A stretch of DNA of 64,000 nt from a virus: IMG/VR virus record IMGVR_UViG_3300012347_000452, positions 1 to 64,000 of that record. One strand, given 5' to 3'. Made by a program: the position numbers and the translations under genes. This document shows, in pieces, positions 19,562 through 29,093 of this stretch (position 1 is its first letter; each line of letters begins with the position of its first letter). The notes under the pieces were generated by a model that ran no database searches, was not told the DNA's origin, and was given only the letters and a program-made list of their open reading frames with translations.

Positions 19562-20409
19562 CAGCCGCGTCCGATCCGCTTGGCGAAGGTCACGAAGTAG
19601 CTGAGATAGCCGAGTGCCCGCTTGCACACCGGCAGCGACAGCTTGGCGCCCTGGGTGAACTTGACGGTCGATTCGCCGATCCGCTCCTCCACGATGCCGG
19701 CCGAGCGCTTGGCGTCATCCGGATCACCGCCCAGAATCGCGTTCGCCTCGACCACCTGGGCCTGGCGCAGCGCCTTCTTGAAGCGTTCGGGCAACTGGTT
19801 GAACTGGCTCTCGTCGAGCAGGCTCAGGTTGCCGTTGAAGATGAAGAGGCTGTTGTGCGCCACGTAGGCGGACTGGAACGAACCCTCGGGCACGTAGTTC
19901 AGGCTGTCCTGGCCGAAGTTCACGTTGGAATTCAGCAAGTTGAAATTCAACTGGACGATGTGCTCCCGAGCATCGATCAGCGCACGGACCTTCTCCTGCT
20001 CGGGCGCGGCGTGCCAGGCGTTGAGGTTGGGAATGTCCATCGCGGTGAGCTGCGCAAGTGCGAAGTTCTGGAAGGTGTTGGTGCCCACCTTCAGCGGGTC
20101 CATCAGCTCCAGGCCGTAGGACTTCGAGAAGCCGATCGTGCCGGCGTCCGTCACGCAGTAGAGCTCCACGCTGCGCACCTCGCGGGTGCTTGTGTCGGCC
20201 ATCGTGTTGCTCGCCTGGGGCACGGTGATCGCGACCTGGGAGTCGCCTGCCGTGAATCCGGTGGCTGCAACACGGGCCACCAGGACAGTGTTGTCCTGAT
20301 TGACGACGCGGTAGTCCACCGAATTGACGTTCAGTGGGTTGCCCATCTCATCCACGAGATCGACAGTCACCGTCACGTCGGTGTTGTTCAGGTAGACATC
20401 CAGCGCCAT
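19561..20409 (-). CDS. Head-tail adaptor protein
   Basis: C-terminal LPERFKKA..EA..GIVEERIGESTVKF..ALGYLS adaptor pattern. Confidence 0.6.
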   Translation of the reverse strand: MALDVYLNNTDVTVTVDLVDEMGNPLNVNSVDYRVVNQDNTVLVARVAATGFTAGDSQVAITVPQASNTMADTSTREVRSVELYCVTDAGTIGFSKSYGLELMDPLKVGTNTFQNFALAQLTAMDIPNLNAWHAAPEQEKVRALIDAREHIVQLNFNLLNSNVNFGQDSLNYVPEGSFQSAYVAHNSLFIFNGNLSLLDESQFNQLPERFKKALRQAQVVEANAILGGDPDDAKRSAGIVEERIGESTVKFTQGAKLSLPVCKRALGYLSYFVTFAKRIGRG

Positions 20410-20412
20410 GAC

Positions 20413-20844
20413 TTACTCCATCGAGCCTTGTTTCTTGAGGATTGCGTCGATCAGGCCAACGATCGAGGTGCCCTTGACATCCATCGGTTCGGCGATGGCG
20501 CGCAAACCCACGATGCCCGAGTCATCGGCAATCTTGGCCAGCTCGTCGCGCGTGTAGACGGTGCCGGCGGGTGCCACCGGTGCGCCGCTCTGCTCGGGTG
20601 CAGCCACCTCGATGCTCATGTCGTTGATGCCGCCGCCCACGAACGCTGGTGCATCCATGTTGTTCAGGTACATGGCGCCCACGTTGGCCGCAGAGCCGTC
20701 TTCCCAGTCCGCGCCGATGGCGGCGGAGATGCGGATGGCATCGATCGGCAGCACGTCGCCTACCGACAGGCCGTTCTCGAACATCACCACGCCCATCTGG
20801 CCGGTGTAGTTCTCGAAGCCTGCTTGTGTGAGTCGGAGTTTCAT
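20413..20844 (-). CDS. Hypothetical virion-module protein with C-terminal HeH-like helix pair
   Basis: GIVGLRAIAEPMDVKGTSIVGLIDAIL; N-terminus paralogous to the next ORF. Confidence 0.55.
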   Translation of the reverse strand: MKLRLTQAGFENYTGQMGVVMFENGLSVGDVLPIDAIRISAAIGADWEDGSAANVGAMYLNNMDAPAFVGGGINDMSIEVAAPEQSGAPVAPAGTVYTRDELAKIADDSGIVGLRAIAEPMDVKGTSIVGLIDAILKKQGSME

Positions 20845-21041
20845 TCAGTCACCTCTTCGGGGTTTTCTTCAGGGTCTTGCTCGGCAGCTTCGGGCTCGAT
20901 GGTCTCGGTGACGAAGATGGCGCGCACGTATTCGGCTTGGATGTCGCTGACTTCGTCCACCGACACGCCGTTGTCGAAGTGAACGTCGCCCAGCAGACCC
21001 GTGAAGGTCTCGAAGCCGAGTTGGATGATGCGAATTTTCAT
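20841..21041 (-). CDS. Small paralog of the 20413-20844 N-terminal domain
   Basis: MKIRIIQLGFETFTGLLGDVHFDNGVS vs MKLRLTQAGFENYTGQMGVVMFENGLS. Confidence 0.65.
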   Translation of the reverse strand: MKIRIIQLGFETFTGLLGDVHFDNGVSVDEVSDIQAEYVRAIFVTETIEPEAAEQDPEENPEEVTE

Positions 21042-21050
21042 GGGAGCTCC

Positions 21051-21085
21051 AAAAAGAAAAGGGCGAGCCTTTTGAGCTCGCCCTT
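21051..21085 (-). terminator. Intrinsic terminator after the major capsid gene
   Basis: AAGGGCGAGC/GCTCGCCCTT stem plus T-tract. Confidence 0.8.
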
Positions 21086-21121
21086 GATTCTACGTCAGTT
21101 GTGACTGACTCGCAACATCGA

Positions 21122-22033
21122 TTAGATGTTGGTGACGCCCTTCAGACGACCGATGGAGCGGGTGCTCTTCAGTGCCAGGCCGGTGTACCACTTCAGACGG
21201 ATGCGGGTGGCATCTTTGTTCTGAACGGTGCCGATGTTCTCGACCACGATACCGGCGTTGTCACCGCCGTACAGGCCGTGCAAGCCGTCCAACTCGTTCA
21301 GGCGCAAGGCGTAAACGGAGGCGGTGGCAGGAGCGCTGCCTTGGGCTTCGGCGCCGGACAGGAACTCGTTCATGATGACCGGAATGCCGTTGTGAGTCAG
21401 CATGGGGCGGCCAAAGTTTTCGAGCTGCTGCATCACGGCGTCGGTGCCGTAAGTGGCGCGCAACAGGGCGCGGAAGGCGCGGATGGTGCCGCGACGCATC
21501 ACGATCACGTCAGGACCGTTGGGCACGCTGTCAACCAGCTCGTCCAACATGGTCAGGGTGAGCGCGTTGCCGTTGGCGCCGGCAGTCACGGTCTGAGTGC
21601 CACCAGCGGCGGCAGCCATCACGGCCAGACCATCGAACTGCTTGGCGTTGGCGCCAGAGTCACCGGTGGCCAGAGTCTGGTGGAAAGCGCGGGACACAGC
21701 CTTGGCCTTCTTCGCGATCTGGATCGCCATCTGGTCGTTGGTGTTGTTCATGGTGGATTGCAGGAACTTGTCCACGTCCACGTCGCCAGCCAAGATGCGC
21801 AGTTTGGCAACCACTTCGGTGAACGTAGCGGCGCTTTCGTTCACTGCATCGTTGGGGTCGAGCCAGTCGGCGCTGCCCAGGGTGTTTTCACGGTTGTAGA
21901 CGTAAGCCTTACCGTTCACTTGCGTGAAGGGCAGGATTGCCATCATGTCATCGCGTTCGATGATTTGGTCGATGACGCCAGCGATGAGCTGGTTGTTCGT
22001 CAGTTTCTCAGCTTCTGCGCGCAGGAGAGCCAT
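21122..22033 (-). CDS. Major capsid protein (HK97 fold, SSU5-like)
   Basis: 303 aa after the scaffold gene; ILPF..YVYNRE, GDVDVDKF, FDGL, LDELVD, RLKWYTGLAL..RLKGV. Confidence 0.9.
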   Translation of the reverse strand: MALLRAEAEKLTNNQLIAGVIDQIIERDDMMAILPFTQVNGKAYVYNRENTLGSADWLDPNDAVNESAATFTEVVAKLRILAGDVDVDKFLQSTMNNTNDQMAIQIAKKAKAVSRAFHQTLATGDSGANAKQFDGLAVMAAAAGGTQTVTAGANGNALTLTMLDELVDSVPNGPDVIVMRRGTIRAFRALLRATYGTDAVMQQLENFGRPMLTHNGIPVIMNEFLSGAEAQGSAPATASVYALRLNELDGLHGLYGGDNAGIVVENIGTVQNKDATRIRLKWYTGLALKSTRSIGRLKGVTNI

Positions 22034-22154
22034 TTGATTTCCTTTCGAGGAGGGGTTTATTCAATGCCTCGGCCCTTACGTCGCTCTAAGTCACCGATGA
22101 GGCAGTACTCTACCACACTTTGTGGAAAAAAGCAAGTCATCGGTGACTTATGTT

Positions 22155-23036
22155 TTAGATCACATTCAGACCTTTCAATCCGGATGCAATCTTGGAGATG
22201 CCATCAACCGGAGCGTCGCTCTTGCCCTGGCCCGAAGGCTTGCGAGAGTCGGAGCCCGCGCCCTGCTTCATCTTGCTCTTCAACAGGTGATCCTTCTCGG
22301 GGTCGGCCTCGATGATCTTGCGCAGGGCACCCTCGAACTCCACGGCATTGCCGTACTGATCGACGATGGCGGTGCGATTGGCAGCGCCGCGTGGCTTGTC
22401 ATAGCCCACGACCTTGCCGTCTTCCACATCGAAGTAGTCGCCGTAGATCACGCGGGTCTTGGCCGGCGTGAGCGTCAGCTCTTCCGAGATGAACTTGCTC
22501 TGGCTGAAGTGCGTGCCGATCGACAAGTCCTTGATGGTGCCTTCGGTGTTGTTCAGCTTGGCGCTCAGGGCGGCGATCTGGTCTTGGAGAGTTTTCACCT
22601 CCTTGACGTGCTCTTCGGCCATGCGACCTTTCAGGCGCTCCCAGTCACCCTTGGCTTCCAGGGCTTTTTCTTCGGCGCTCTTCTGGTCGGCCAGCAGCTT
22701 GCGAACCGCCTCGGGGTCGATGCCCTCGAAAGCCTTCAGGGCGTCCTGGGTCTTCTTGAGTTCGGCGTTGGCTTTGTCCAGCGCTTCCTTCTTCTTCATG
22801 TTCTCTTTGAGAAGGCGTGCCTCCTCGTCGCTTGGCTTCTTGCTTCCGCCAGCGGCAGCAGCGGCGGCATCGTCGCTAGCCTTTTTGGCAGCAGCAGCCT
22901 CTTCGGCGGCTTTCGCGGCAGCTTCGTCGGCGGCGTTGCCGTCGTCGCCACTACCACCACCGCCACCACCTCCGTCACCACCATCTCCATTCAGGGGTGC
23001 CAGATACTTCATTGCAACTTTGCGAGTCACGAACAT
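22155..23036 (-). CDS. Capsid scaffolding protein
   Basis: Low-complexity N-terminus, coiled coil, FEGIDPEAVRKL, GAGS tail; between portal and capsid. Confidence 0.8.
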   Translation of the reverse strand: MFVTRKVAMKYLAPLNGDGGDGGGGGGGSGDDGNAADEAAAKAAEEAAAAKKASDDAAAAAAGGSKKPSDEEARLLKENMKKKEALDKANAELKKTQDALKAFEGIDPEAVRKLLADQKSAEEKALEAKGDWERLKGRMAEEHVKEVKTLQDQIAALSAKLNNTEGTIKDLSIGTHFSQSKFISEELTLTPAKTRVIYGDYFDVEDGKVVGYDKPRGAANRTAIVDQYGNAVEFEGALRKIIEADPEKDHLLKSKMKQGAGSDSRKPSGQGKSDAPVDGISKIASGLKGLNVI

Positions 23037-23113
23037 ATTTTTACCTTCCAGGCCGTTCTCTTGGCCATTGAGTTGTGGTTACGCCGACAGTCTCTTGTCG
23101 GCGTTGCGGGGGC

Positions 23114-24742
23114 TTATTCCCCCTTCGAGGAGCCAACGGCCCCTTGATTCGATTCGGGCTTGCCGGGTGCCTTCTTCACGCCGGCCGCAGGCTTGTTAGG
23201 GTCTGCGGTCAGCGTGGCAGGATCGACCGGCCAGTCCTTGAGCTCCTTCTCCATCTTGGCGCGCAGCGCTTGGGCCAGTTGGGGAAAGAGTTTGTCCAGC
23301 ACCGACTTCATCTGCTCTTGGCGAACCGCGTCCGGAGCGCTGATCAGCATGAGTCGTGCGGCGATGTCGAACTCGTCGTAGAGGCCGCGTGTGTCGAAGT
23401 CGTCCGGATAGGAGACGAGCTCCTGATCGTTCGAGACTTCTTCACCGCTCCACTTGGCGACGATTGCAACGATCTTGTTCTCGATCACTTCCAGGCTGTC
23501 TGCCTTGGCTGCCAACAGAGCATTCACTCGCTCGAAGTCATAGGCCTTGGCCACACCGCTGGAGTTGTCGATACCGACCGCGTTGTCCTGTTTGGTCCGT
23601 TCACCGGCGAGACCCACAGTGTGGTAAATCTCGTTGATGATCTTGTTGATGACCGCCAGGATCATCTGCGCCTGCTTGGGGTCAGGCGACAGATAGAACG
23701 GCGCAGTGCTCGACTCGCCGTCGTAGAGGAAGATGCGCTTGGTGCCCATCTCCGTCATCTTGGTGTAGTTGTCCTCACCGGGCAGGATGTTCTGCGCCGG
23801 CATGGCCAACTGAGAGAAGGTCTGGTCCTGGATGATGGCGTCCAGGTTGGAGAGGTAGTTCGCGACCGCACGGTCCAGGTAGGCGATCTCATCGATCAGG
23901 GCCTGGGCGCAGTACTCCTCGTCCGAGATGATGTTGTCGGCCAGCACCACGGGCACGATGCCCAGGTCATGCTGGCCCGAGTCCACGAGCTTGACCACTT
24001 TGCGGCGGCCCTCCTTGAACTCCTGGTAGAGCTTCCAGTCGTTCTTGGTCCACAGGCGGAAGCGCTCGACCTCTTCGCCCGAGGAATTCATCGGGTCGGT
24101 GGCGTCGCGCACGCACTCCTGGATCAGCACCCATTCCAGGGCACCGTTCTCGTCGAAGGCGTAGTCGAGCAACTGCTCCGGGCCCACGGTGTAGGCGTAG
24201 GTGCGCACACCCGAGTTCTTCTCTTCGGCCTTGGAGACCACCGGCGCGGCGGTCGTGCCGTTCGTGGTGTCGATCACGATGCCGATGCGCCCGTAGATCG
24301 AGGTCTTCTTGGAAATCTGGCGCGAGAGCTCCTTGATGCTCAGGCCGTTGCGGGTGGCCTTCTTCCAGAAGCGCTTGACCGATTCGGGGGCGTCATCGTC
24401 GTTGCGCTGGATGTTCTGCTTGAAGAGGTACTTGTTCAGGAGGTCCACCACCTCGCGGGAGTGGTTGAACCGGTAGGCGCGAACCAGGCGGTCGGCGAAC
24501 TCGGTGTCGCCCTCTTTCATGTAGCGGAAGATGTTCTCTTTGAACCACTCGCGGCCGCCCTCGTAGGTGTCCTCGAGGAAGGCCCAGTGATCGACGTTCT
24601 CGACGTACTCGGGGTGGCGGCGCTCGATCAGGGCTCGCAGCTTCTTCTGTTCGTCGGTGACGGGCGCGACCGATCCACCCGCCAGTTTGGAGTTGGGGTC
24701 GATGGCGAAACTCTCGCCTGGCTTGAGTGTTGGATTCGGCAT
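23114..24742 (-). CDS. Portal protein
   Basis: 542 aa after terminase; HPEY..W..TYEGG, SGVAKAYDF, YPDDFD. Confidence 0.88.
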   Translation of the reverse strand: MPNPTLKPGESFAIDPNSKLAGGSVAPVTDEQKKLRALIERRHPEYVENVDHWAFLEDTYEGGREWFKENIFRYMKEGDTEFADRLVRAYRFNHSREVVDLLNKYLFKQNIQRNDDDAPESVKRFWKKATRNGLSIKELSRQISKKTSIYGRIGIVIDTTNGTTAAPVVSKAEEKNSGVRTYAYTVGPEQLLDYAFDENGALEWVLIQECVRDATDPMNSSGEEVERFRLWTKNDWKLYQEFKEGRRKVVKLVDSGQHDLGIVPVVLADNIISDEEYCAQALIDEIAYLDRAVANYLSNLDAIIQDQTFSQLAMPAQNILPGEDNYTKMTEMGTKRIFLYDGESSTAPFYLSPDPKQAQMILAVINKIINEIYHTVGLAGERTKQDNAVGIDNSSGVAKAYDFERVNALLAAKADSLEVIENKIVAIVAKWSGEEVSNDQELVSYPDDFDTRGLYDEFDIAARLMLISAPDAVRQEQMKSVLDKLFPQLAQALRAKMEKELKDWPVDPATLTADPNKPAAGVKKAPGKPESNQGAVGSSKGE

Positions 24743-24783
24743 GATGTTCCTATCTTATACGTCAGTTGTGACTTAGTCAATCC

Positions 24784-26028
24784 TTAGATTGACAAGCCTC
24801 CGATTTCCACTTTGCGCACTGGGAATTCCAGCTCGATGCAGTAGCCGCCGGCGTCGGCCGAGTGCTCGGTGCCGCCCGACTTGTCCACCTCGCGGGTGCC
24901 CTTCTTGTAGATGGTCTGCTCCAGGGCGCTGATGAAGTGCTTGCAGCGGGGGTTGATCTTCAGGCGCACGTTTCCGTTGGCGTCCTTCAGCATCCGGTTC
25001 ACCGCGTTCACCCGGTCGGCCACCATCGGGTGCTTCTTGCGGTACTTGATCCGCTTGAAGCCCTTCTCGCGCAGGATGTCCATGTCGGTCTCGCCTCGGG
25101 CGTGCTGACGCTGGCCGCCGGCGGGGTCCGGGTACATGACGATCTGGCTCTGGTGACGCCAGAAGCGCTTCTCCAGCTCCTCGCACACCTCTTCGGTGTT
25201 GGAGCCGAACAGCACCACCTCGTCCACGGCCCAGAGCTCGCCATTCAACTGAGGCTGGTAGATCACCGTGGACATCGGGTCGATGTTGAAGTCCATGCCG
25301 ACCCAGATCGGCAGCTTCGGGTTGAACTCTACCGGCTGAATGTGGACGGCGCGGTCGAACGGGTAGTAGACCCGGCCCGACATGGTCTCGAAGCTCGCCT
25401 CGAACTCCTGGCGAAACGACTTCTCGTCCATGTCCTTCTTGGCCGCCTCGATCTCCGAGATCGGGATGAAGGGGCTGGTGATGGTCGGGAACTGCCAGCT
25501 CATCCACTCGTTGAGCCCTTGAAGCACCGGGTCTTGGCCCTTCTTGTACAGCTCGTAGAGGTAGTTGTAGGCCTTGGGGGTGCCGATGAAGATGGCGTGG
25601 CCACCGGTGTCGGCGAGCGTCGGGCGCAGCACCAGCGTCCAGACCTCTTCGGCCATGTCCTGGAACTCGTCGAGCACGAGGAAGTGGATACCGACGCCTC
25701 GCAGCGAGTCGGGCTTGTCAGCGCCCTTCAGCTCGATGCGGGTGCCGTTGATGAGCGTGACAGTGAGGCTGGTCTCGTTGATCTTGCGAATCCACTTGCG
25801 GGGAATCGCATCCATCAAGTCGACCCACATGATCTGCTTGGCCATCTTGTAGGTCGGGGCCACGTACCAGATTTTCTGCTTCTTCTTCTGGGCCTTCTTG
25901 ATGATGAGGACTCGGGATAGCGCGGTCTTGCCCCAACGTCGGCCGGCCACGACCACCCGATACCGGCTCTGCGACCGATACACCTCCATCTGCTTGGTGT
26001 GAAGGGACAGGTTTGCCTTGGCCGCCAT
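24784..26028 (-). CDS. terL: Terminase large subunit
   Basis: AGRRWGKT Walker A, YVAPTYKMAK, LVLDEF, IGTPK, FRQEFEASF, GMDFN nuclease. Confidence 0.95.
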   Translation of the reverse strand: MAAKANLSLHTKQMEVYRSQSRYRVVVAGRRWGKTALSRVLIIKKAQKKKQKIWYVAPTYKMAKQIMWVDLMDAIPRKWIRKINETSLTVTLINGTRIELKGADKPDSLRGVGIHFLVLDEFQDMAEEVWTLVLRPTLADTGGHAIFIGTPKAYNYLYELYKKGQDPVLQGLNEWMSWQFPTITSPFIPISEIEAAKKDMDEKSFRQEFEASFETMSGRVYYPFDRAVHIQPVEFNPKLPIWVGMDFNIDPMSTVIYQPQLNGELWAVDEVVLFGSNTEEVCEELEKRFWRHQSQIVMYPDPAGGQRQHARGETDMDILREKGFKRIKYRKKHPMVADRVNAVNRMLKDANGNVRLKINPRCKHFISALEQTIYKKGTREVDKSGGTEHSADAGGYCIELEFPVRKVEIGGLSI

Positions 26029-26690
26029 CAGGTCTCATCGACAACGTCGTTGTCACCCTCGCTGTCGATGTCTTCGATCGGCACGTCGCCGAGTTCGTTC
26101 AGTTCGCGGAAGCTGCGAGCCCGCAGCGCCTCGATCTGGTCGGCGGTGAGTTCCGAGATCACCAGCTCCGGCACGTCGTTCTCGTCGATCGCATCCGGAC
26201 GATCCAGGCCAAGCACGGCGTAGCGCTCCTCACGGGCCTTCTTCAGCACGTTCATGGCGCTCTCCAGCGCCTTCAGGTTGTTGAGCGCGGTGGCGACGGG
26301 CACACCGTCCTGTTTGGCCTTGAGCACCTCGGCCCAGGTGAGCTTGGCCAGGCCGCTGGCCATCTTGTAGTGCTCTTCCTTGGTTTCCTTGATGCGGGCC
26401 GCGATGATCGCCGCGTCGTTGACGAGTTGCTTCTCGACAGCGCTCTCCACCTTCGCCATCGTTTTGGCACGCGCAGAGCCCTTTTTGATGCCCCTGCGAC
26501 GGAAGTACTGGGCGAACGACTGCTCGTGCCGGTCGAACTTCTCGGCCAGTTGACCGTAGGTGACGGCACCCTGCTCCCAGAGCGCGGTGGCTTCGGCCCA
26601 CTCTCGTTCGGAGAGCTTGCCTTTGCGCTTGGGCTTGACCGGCTCTTCGGCAGCTTTTGTGGTCAGGTCAGTCACGTCGGAAGCTTTCAT
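26028..26690 (-). CDS. Terminase small subunit (putative, N-terminal HTH)
   Basis: Coupled to terL; TYGQLAEKFDRHEQS HTH followed by helices. Confidence 0.7.
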   Translation of the reverse strand: MKASDVTDLTTKAAEEPVKPKRKGKLSEREWAEATALWEQGAVTYGQLAEKFDRHEQSFAQYFRRRGIKKGSARAKTMAKVESAVEKQLVNDAAIIAARIKETKEEHYKMASGLAKLTWAEVLKAKQDGVPVATALNNLKALESAMNVLKKAREERYAVLGLDRPDAIDENDVPELVISELTADQIEALRARSFRELNELGDVPIEDIDSEGDNDVVDET

Positions 26691-26781
26691 TCAAAAAAAA
26701 AGGGCGTGGAGAAGACGCCCAGAGGAGATATTTCAAATCCTGGGCCGAATGTAGCGCCAAGGCTACAAAATGTCAAGTCAT

Positions 26782-27186
26782 TCATGACTTATTACCTCGG
26801 CGTCCCCAGAGGGCTGTATACGCCGCGAAGGCCCCGGCCATTTCTTTGCTCCGAGCTTCCTCGGTCTCGAGCTCGCCATCCTCGCCGAAGTGGACGACCG
26901 CCCAGTGGTAGCCCGACGACTCGAAGAACTCCACCTCGACCTTCAGGCCCTCCAGCAGGTTCATCGATTCCTCCAGGCTGCTTGAGAAGCGCCCACCCAC
27001 GAGCCAGTTGGTCTCGTCCGGCACCACGTCCCGTGGCCAGACCTTGATCGTGTCGTCCACGATCTCGAACTTCAGGCCCAGCAGCCGCATGATCTGGGTG
27101 TCCACCAGGAGCGCCAGCTCGGGGGAATCCGAACGATTTCCCGTTCCGGGGTTTTTCGCTTCCGCGACATTGTTCAATTCATTCAT
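26782..27186 (-). CDS. Hypothetical protein (ABA-sandwich/DUF2591-like pattern)
   Basis: FSSSLEESMNLLE..EMAGAFAAYTAL pattern. Confidence 0.5.
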   Translation of the reverse strand: MNELNNVAEAKNPGTGNRSDSPELALLVDTQIMRLLGLKFEIVDDTIKVWPRDVVPDETNWLVGGRFSSSLEESMNLLEGLKVEVEFFESSGYHWAVVHFGEDGELETEEARSKEMAGAFAAYTALWGRRGNKS

Positions 27187-27256
27187 TCAGTCACCTAGTA
27201 CTTATATTTAATATACGGTAGAGAGAATTTTCCCGAATCGGGGAAATTTCCCCGAA

Positions 27257-27577
27257 TCACTCCCGGAACACCTCTGACAGTTCATCCAAGAGGTCGTCGG
27301 AGAGGGTCTCAACGATCGACACCTTGGGCTTTCCGATCATCATCTGGCCCTGCTCGGTCAGGCTGATCAGCGTGCGGGTGCGGCCCCGGCGCTTCTCTGG
27401 CGCGTCCTTTTGGATCAAGTGATGGGCGATGAGGGCTCGGATAGAAAACTGGATCGATTGCTTGCTCGGCGCGTAGGAAAGCCGCTCGATGAGCTGGTCG
27501 AGGTCGATCGCTGCGCCGTCGGGATTTCGCTTCCCGATGACGGTCAAGAGCTCCAGTTGCTTGGTGGTCAGGTGCAT
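27257..27577 (-). CDS. Winged-helix DNA-binding protein
   Basis: LTTKQLELL..LDQLIERL..SKQSIQFSIRALIAHHLI..ISLTEQG (MarR/LexA-like wHTH). Confidence 0.75.
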   Translation of the reverse strand: MHLTTKQLELLTVIGKRNPDGAAIDLDQLIERLSYAPSKQSIQFSIRALIAHHLIQKDAPEKRRGRTRTLISLTEQGQMMIGKPKVSIVETLSDDLLDELSEVFRE

Positions 27578-27581
27578 GGCG

Positions 27582-28517
27582 TCACAGATACTGGGCCGAC
27601 AGCTTCGAGAGGTCCAAAGGCTGGTCGGCGGGTTGGTTGTCGAAGGCGATCACGGGCACGCGCACGGGCAGCTTCGAGACGTTCTTCTCGGGACTGGCGT
27701 CCGGATTCAGGTAGACCCCATACAGGGGACTGGCCAGCACGAGCTGCTGAAGCGACTTGACCAGATACCCGATCTCCATGTTGTCGCGCCGATCCTCGCC
27801 CCGAAAGCGAGCGTTGCCCGTCTTCTCCAGGGCCGAGCAGGCGTAGTAGAACTTGCGCATCTCGGCTTCGCACTTGGCGCGCACCGCCGGCGTCATCCGC
27901 TTGATCTCGTCCATCACGCCCATGAAGTCGGACGGGTTGGCATCGAACCAGCGGCGAAAGAACACCACGCCCTTGTCGTAGTTGGCGCTGCGCTTCGGTT
28001 TGGTGAACCGGATGCCGGCCTTGGCCGCGAACGGGTTGAACTTGCTCATCGACGACTGGAACTCGATCACGTCGCAGCCGGTCATCCGCATCATGATGTT
28101 CTGCATCCGATAGGCGATGCCGGCGCCCCGGTACATGGTGTCCAGCACCAGGCGGGAGTTCGTGCAGGCGTGGTCGTTGATCCAGTAGGCGCGGGTGCGG
28201 TTGATCAGGCGGCTGTCCATGCCGCCGGTGTTGGGCTTCAGGTGCTTGAAGACCTCGTTGCGGCCGCTCAGAAGCATCTTGGGCACCGTCATGACGCCCA
28301 CGCCGATCACGCGCTTGCTTGCGCCATCGTCGAGCACACAGCGGTAAATCTTCGGGCCGATGCCCAGGGACTCGGCCTTGTAGTGGAGCTCGTGGAGCAG
28401 GTTCCAGTCATCGATGTCGCCGCGCTCGACGTAGATGCTCTCCAGCAGCGACAGGACGTGGTTCTCGGGTACCTTGCGGCGCTCGATGAGGATGTCGGGG
28501 TTGTCGGTCAGGATCAT
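27582..28517 (-). CDS. GNAT-fold (Mom-like) acetyltransferase associated with an ABC ATPase
   Basis: Start at MILTD; LHY, NSRLVLDTMYRGAGIA (acetyl-CoA motif), SSMSKFNPFAAKAG. Confidence 0.7.
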   Translation of the reverse strand: MILTDNPDILIERRKVPENHVLSLLESIYVERGDIDDWNLLHELHYKAESLGIGPKIYRCVLDDGASKRVIGVGVMTVPKMLLSGRNEVFKHLKPNTGGMDSRLINRTRAYWINDHACTNSRLVLDTMYRGAGIAYRMQNIMMRMTGCDVIEFQSSMSKFNPFAAKAGIRFTKPKRSANYDKGVVFFRRWFDANPSDFMGVMDEIKRMTPAVRAKCEAEMRKFYYACSALEKTGNARFRGEDRRDNMEIGYLVKSLQQLVLASPLYGVYLNPDASPEKNVSKLPVRVPVIAFDNQPADQPLDLSKLSAQYL

Positions 28518-28789
28518 GCTCGCCCTTTGCTCATCACGTTGCCGTAGAACCAGATGGCGCTGGCGATGCCCAGGCACCCACCGAGCGTGGAGATGGCCAG
28601 CACGGTGAGCGAGCCGCTCGCGGCGTACTTGACGAAGATGAACTGGGACAGGCTGATGCCCGCCGAGGTCATGACGGCCGCCAGGTAGCGGCCCGCCACG
28701 ACGTTGCGCGACTGCAAGCCCAGCAGAAAGACGACCGTGAAGGCGCCCGCAAAGATGATGGCGGCGTCCGCCAGGCACAACTCAGGCAT
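28514..28789 (-). CDS. Small three-helix membrane protein
   Basis: VFLLGLQSRNV, three hydrophobic segments, 4-nt overlap with the next gene. Confidence 0.7.
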   Translation of the reverse strand: MPELCLADAAIIFAGAFTVVFLLGLQSRNVVAGRYLAAVMTSAGISLSQFIFVKYAASGSLTVLAISTLGGCLGIASAIWFYGNVMSKGRA

Positions 28790-29093
28790 CGACGAAGGCC
28801 AGAATCTTGGCGTCGGTCTGCTCGCCCGTCATGCGGCCGGTCTCCCGACCCATCGAGAAGCGCACGAGGGTGGGCACCGAGCGGATGTTGGTCTTCATCG
28901 CGGCGGCTGCGGCGTGATAGACGTTCACGTAGGCGACGTTCATCACCGCTGCCCCTTCCAGGCGCTCGATGGCGGCCTTGAAGCGCCCGCACGGGGCACA
29001 GTTGGGCGACGAGAAGAGCACGAACGACTTGGCGCCGTCCTCTTCGCTCCAGGAACGCAGGATCGCCTGCTCGAAGGTTTCCTGATCGGTCAT
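28782..29093 (-). CDS. Thioredoxin-like protein
   Basis: FSSPNCAPC, IRSVPTL..F..G. Confidence 0.85.
   Translation of the reverse strand: MTDQETFEQAILRSWSEEDGAKSFVLFSSPNCAPCGRFKAAIERLEGAAVMNVAYVNVYHAAAAAMKTNIRSVPTLVRFSMGRETGRMTGEQTDAKILAFVDA

Noticed and set aside
12161-25920. Long plus-strand ORFs (e.g. 12161-13873, 19471-20982, 21101-22315, 23075-24787)
   Set aside because: Antisense shadows of GC3-biased structural genes, with no motifs or RBS
27190-27201. GTCA-N4-TGAC copy
   Set aside because: Two mismatches (GTCA-CCTA-GTAC); not counted
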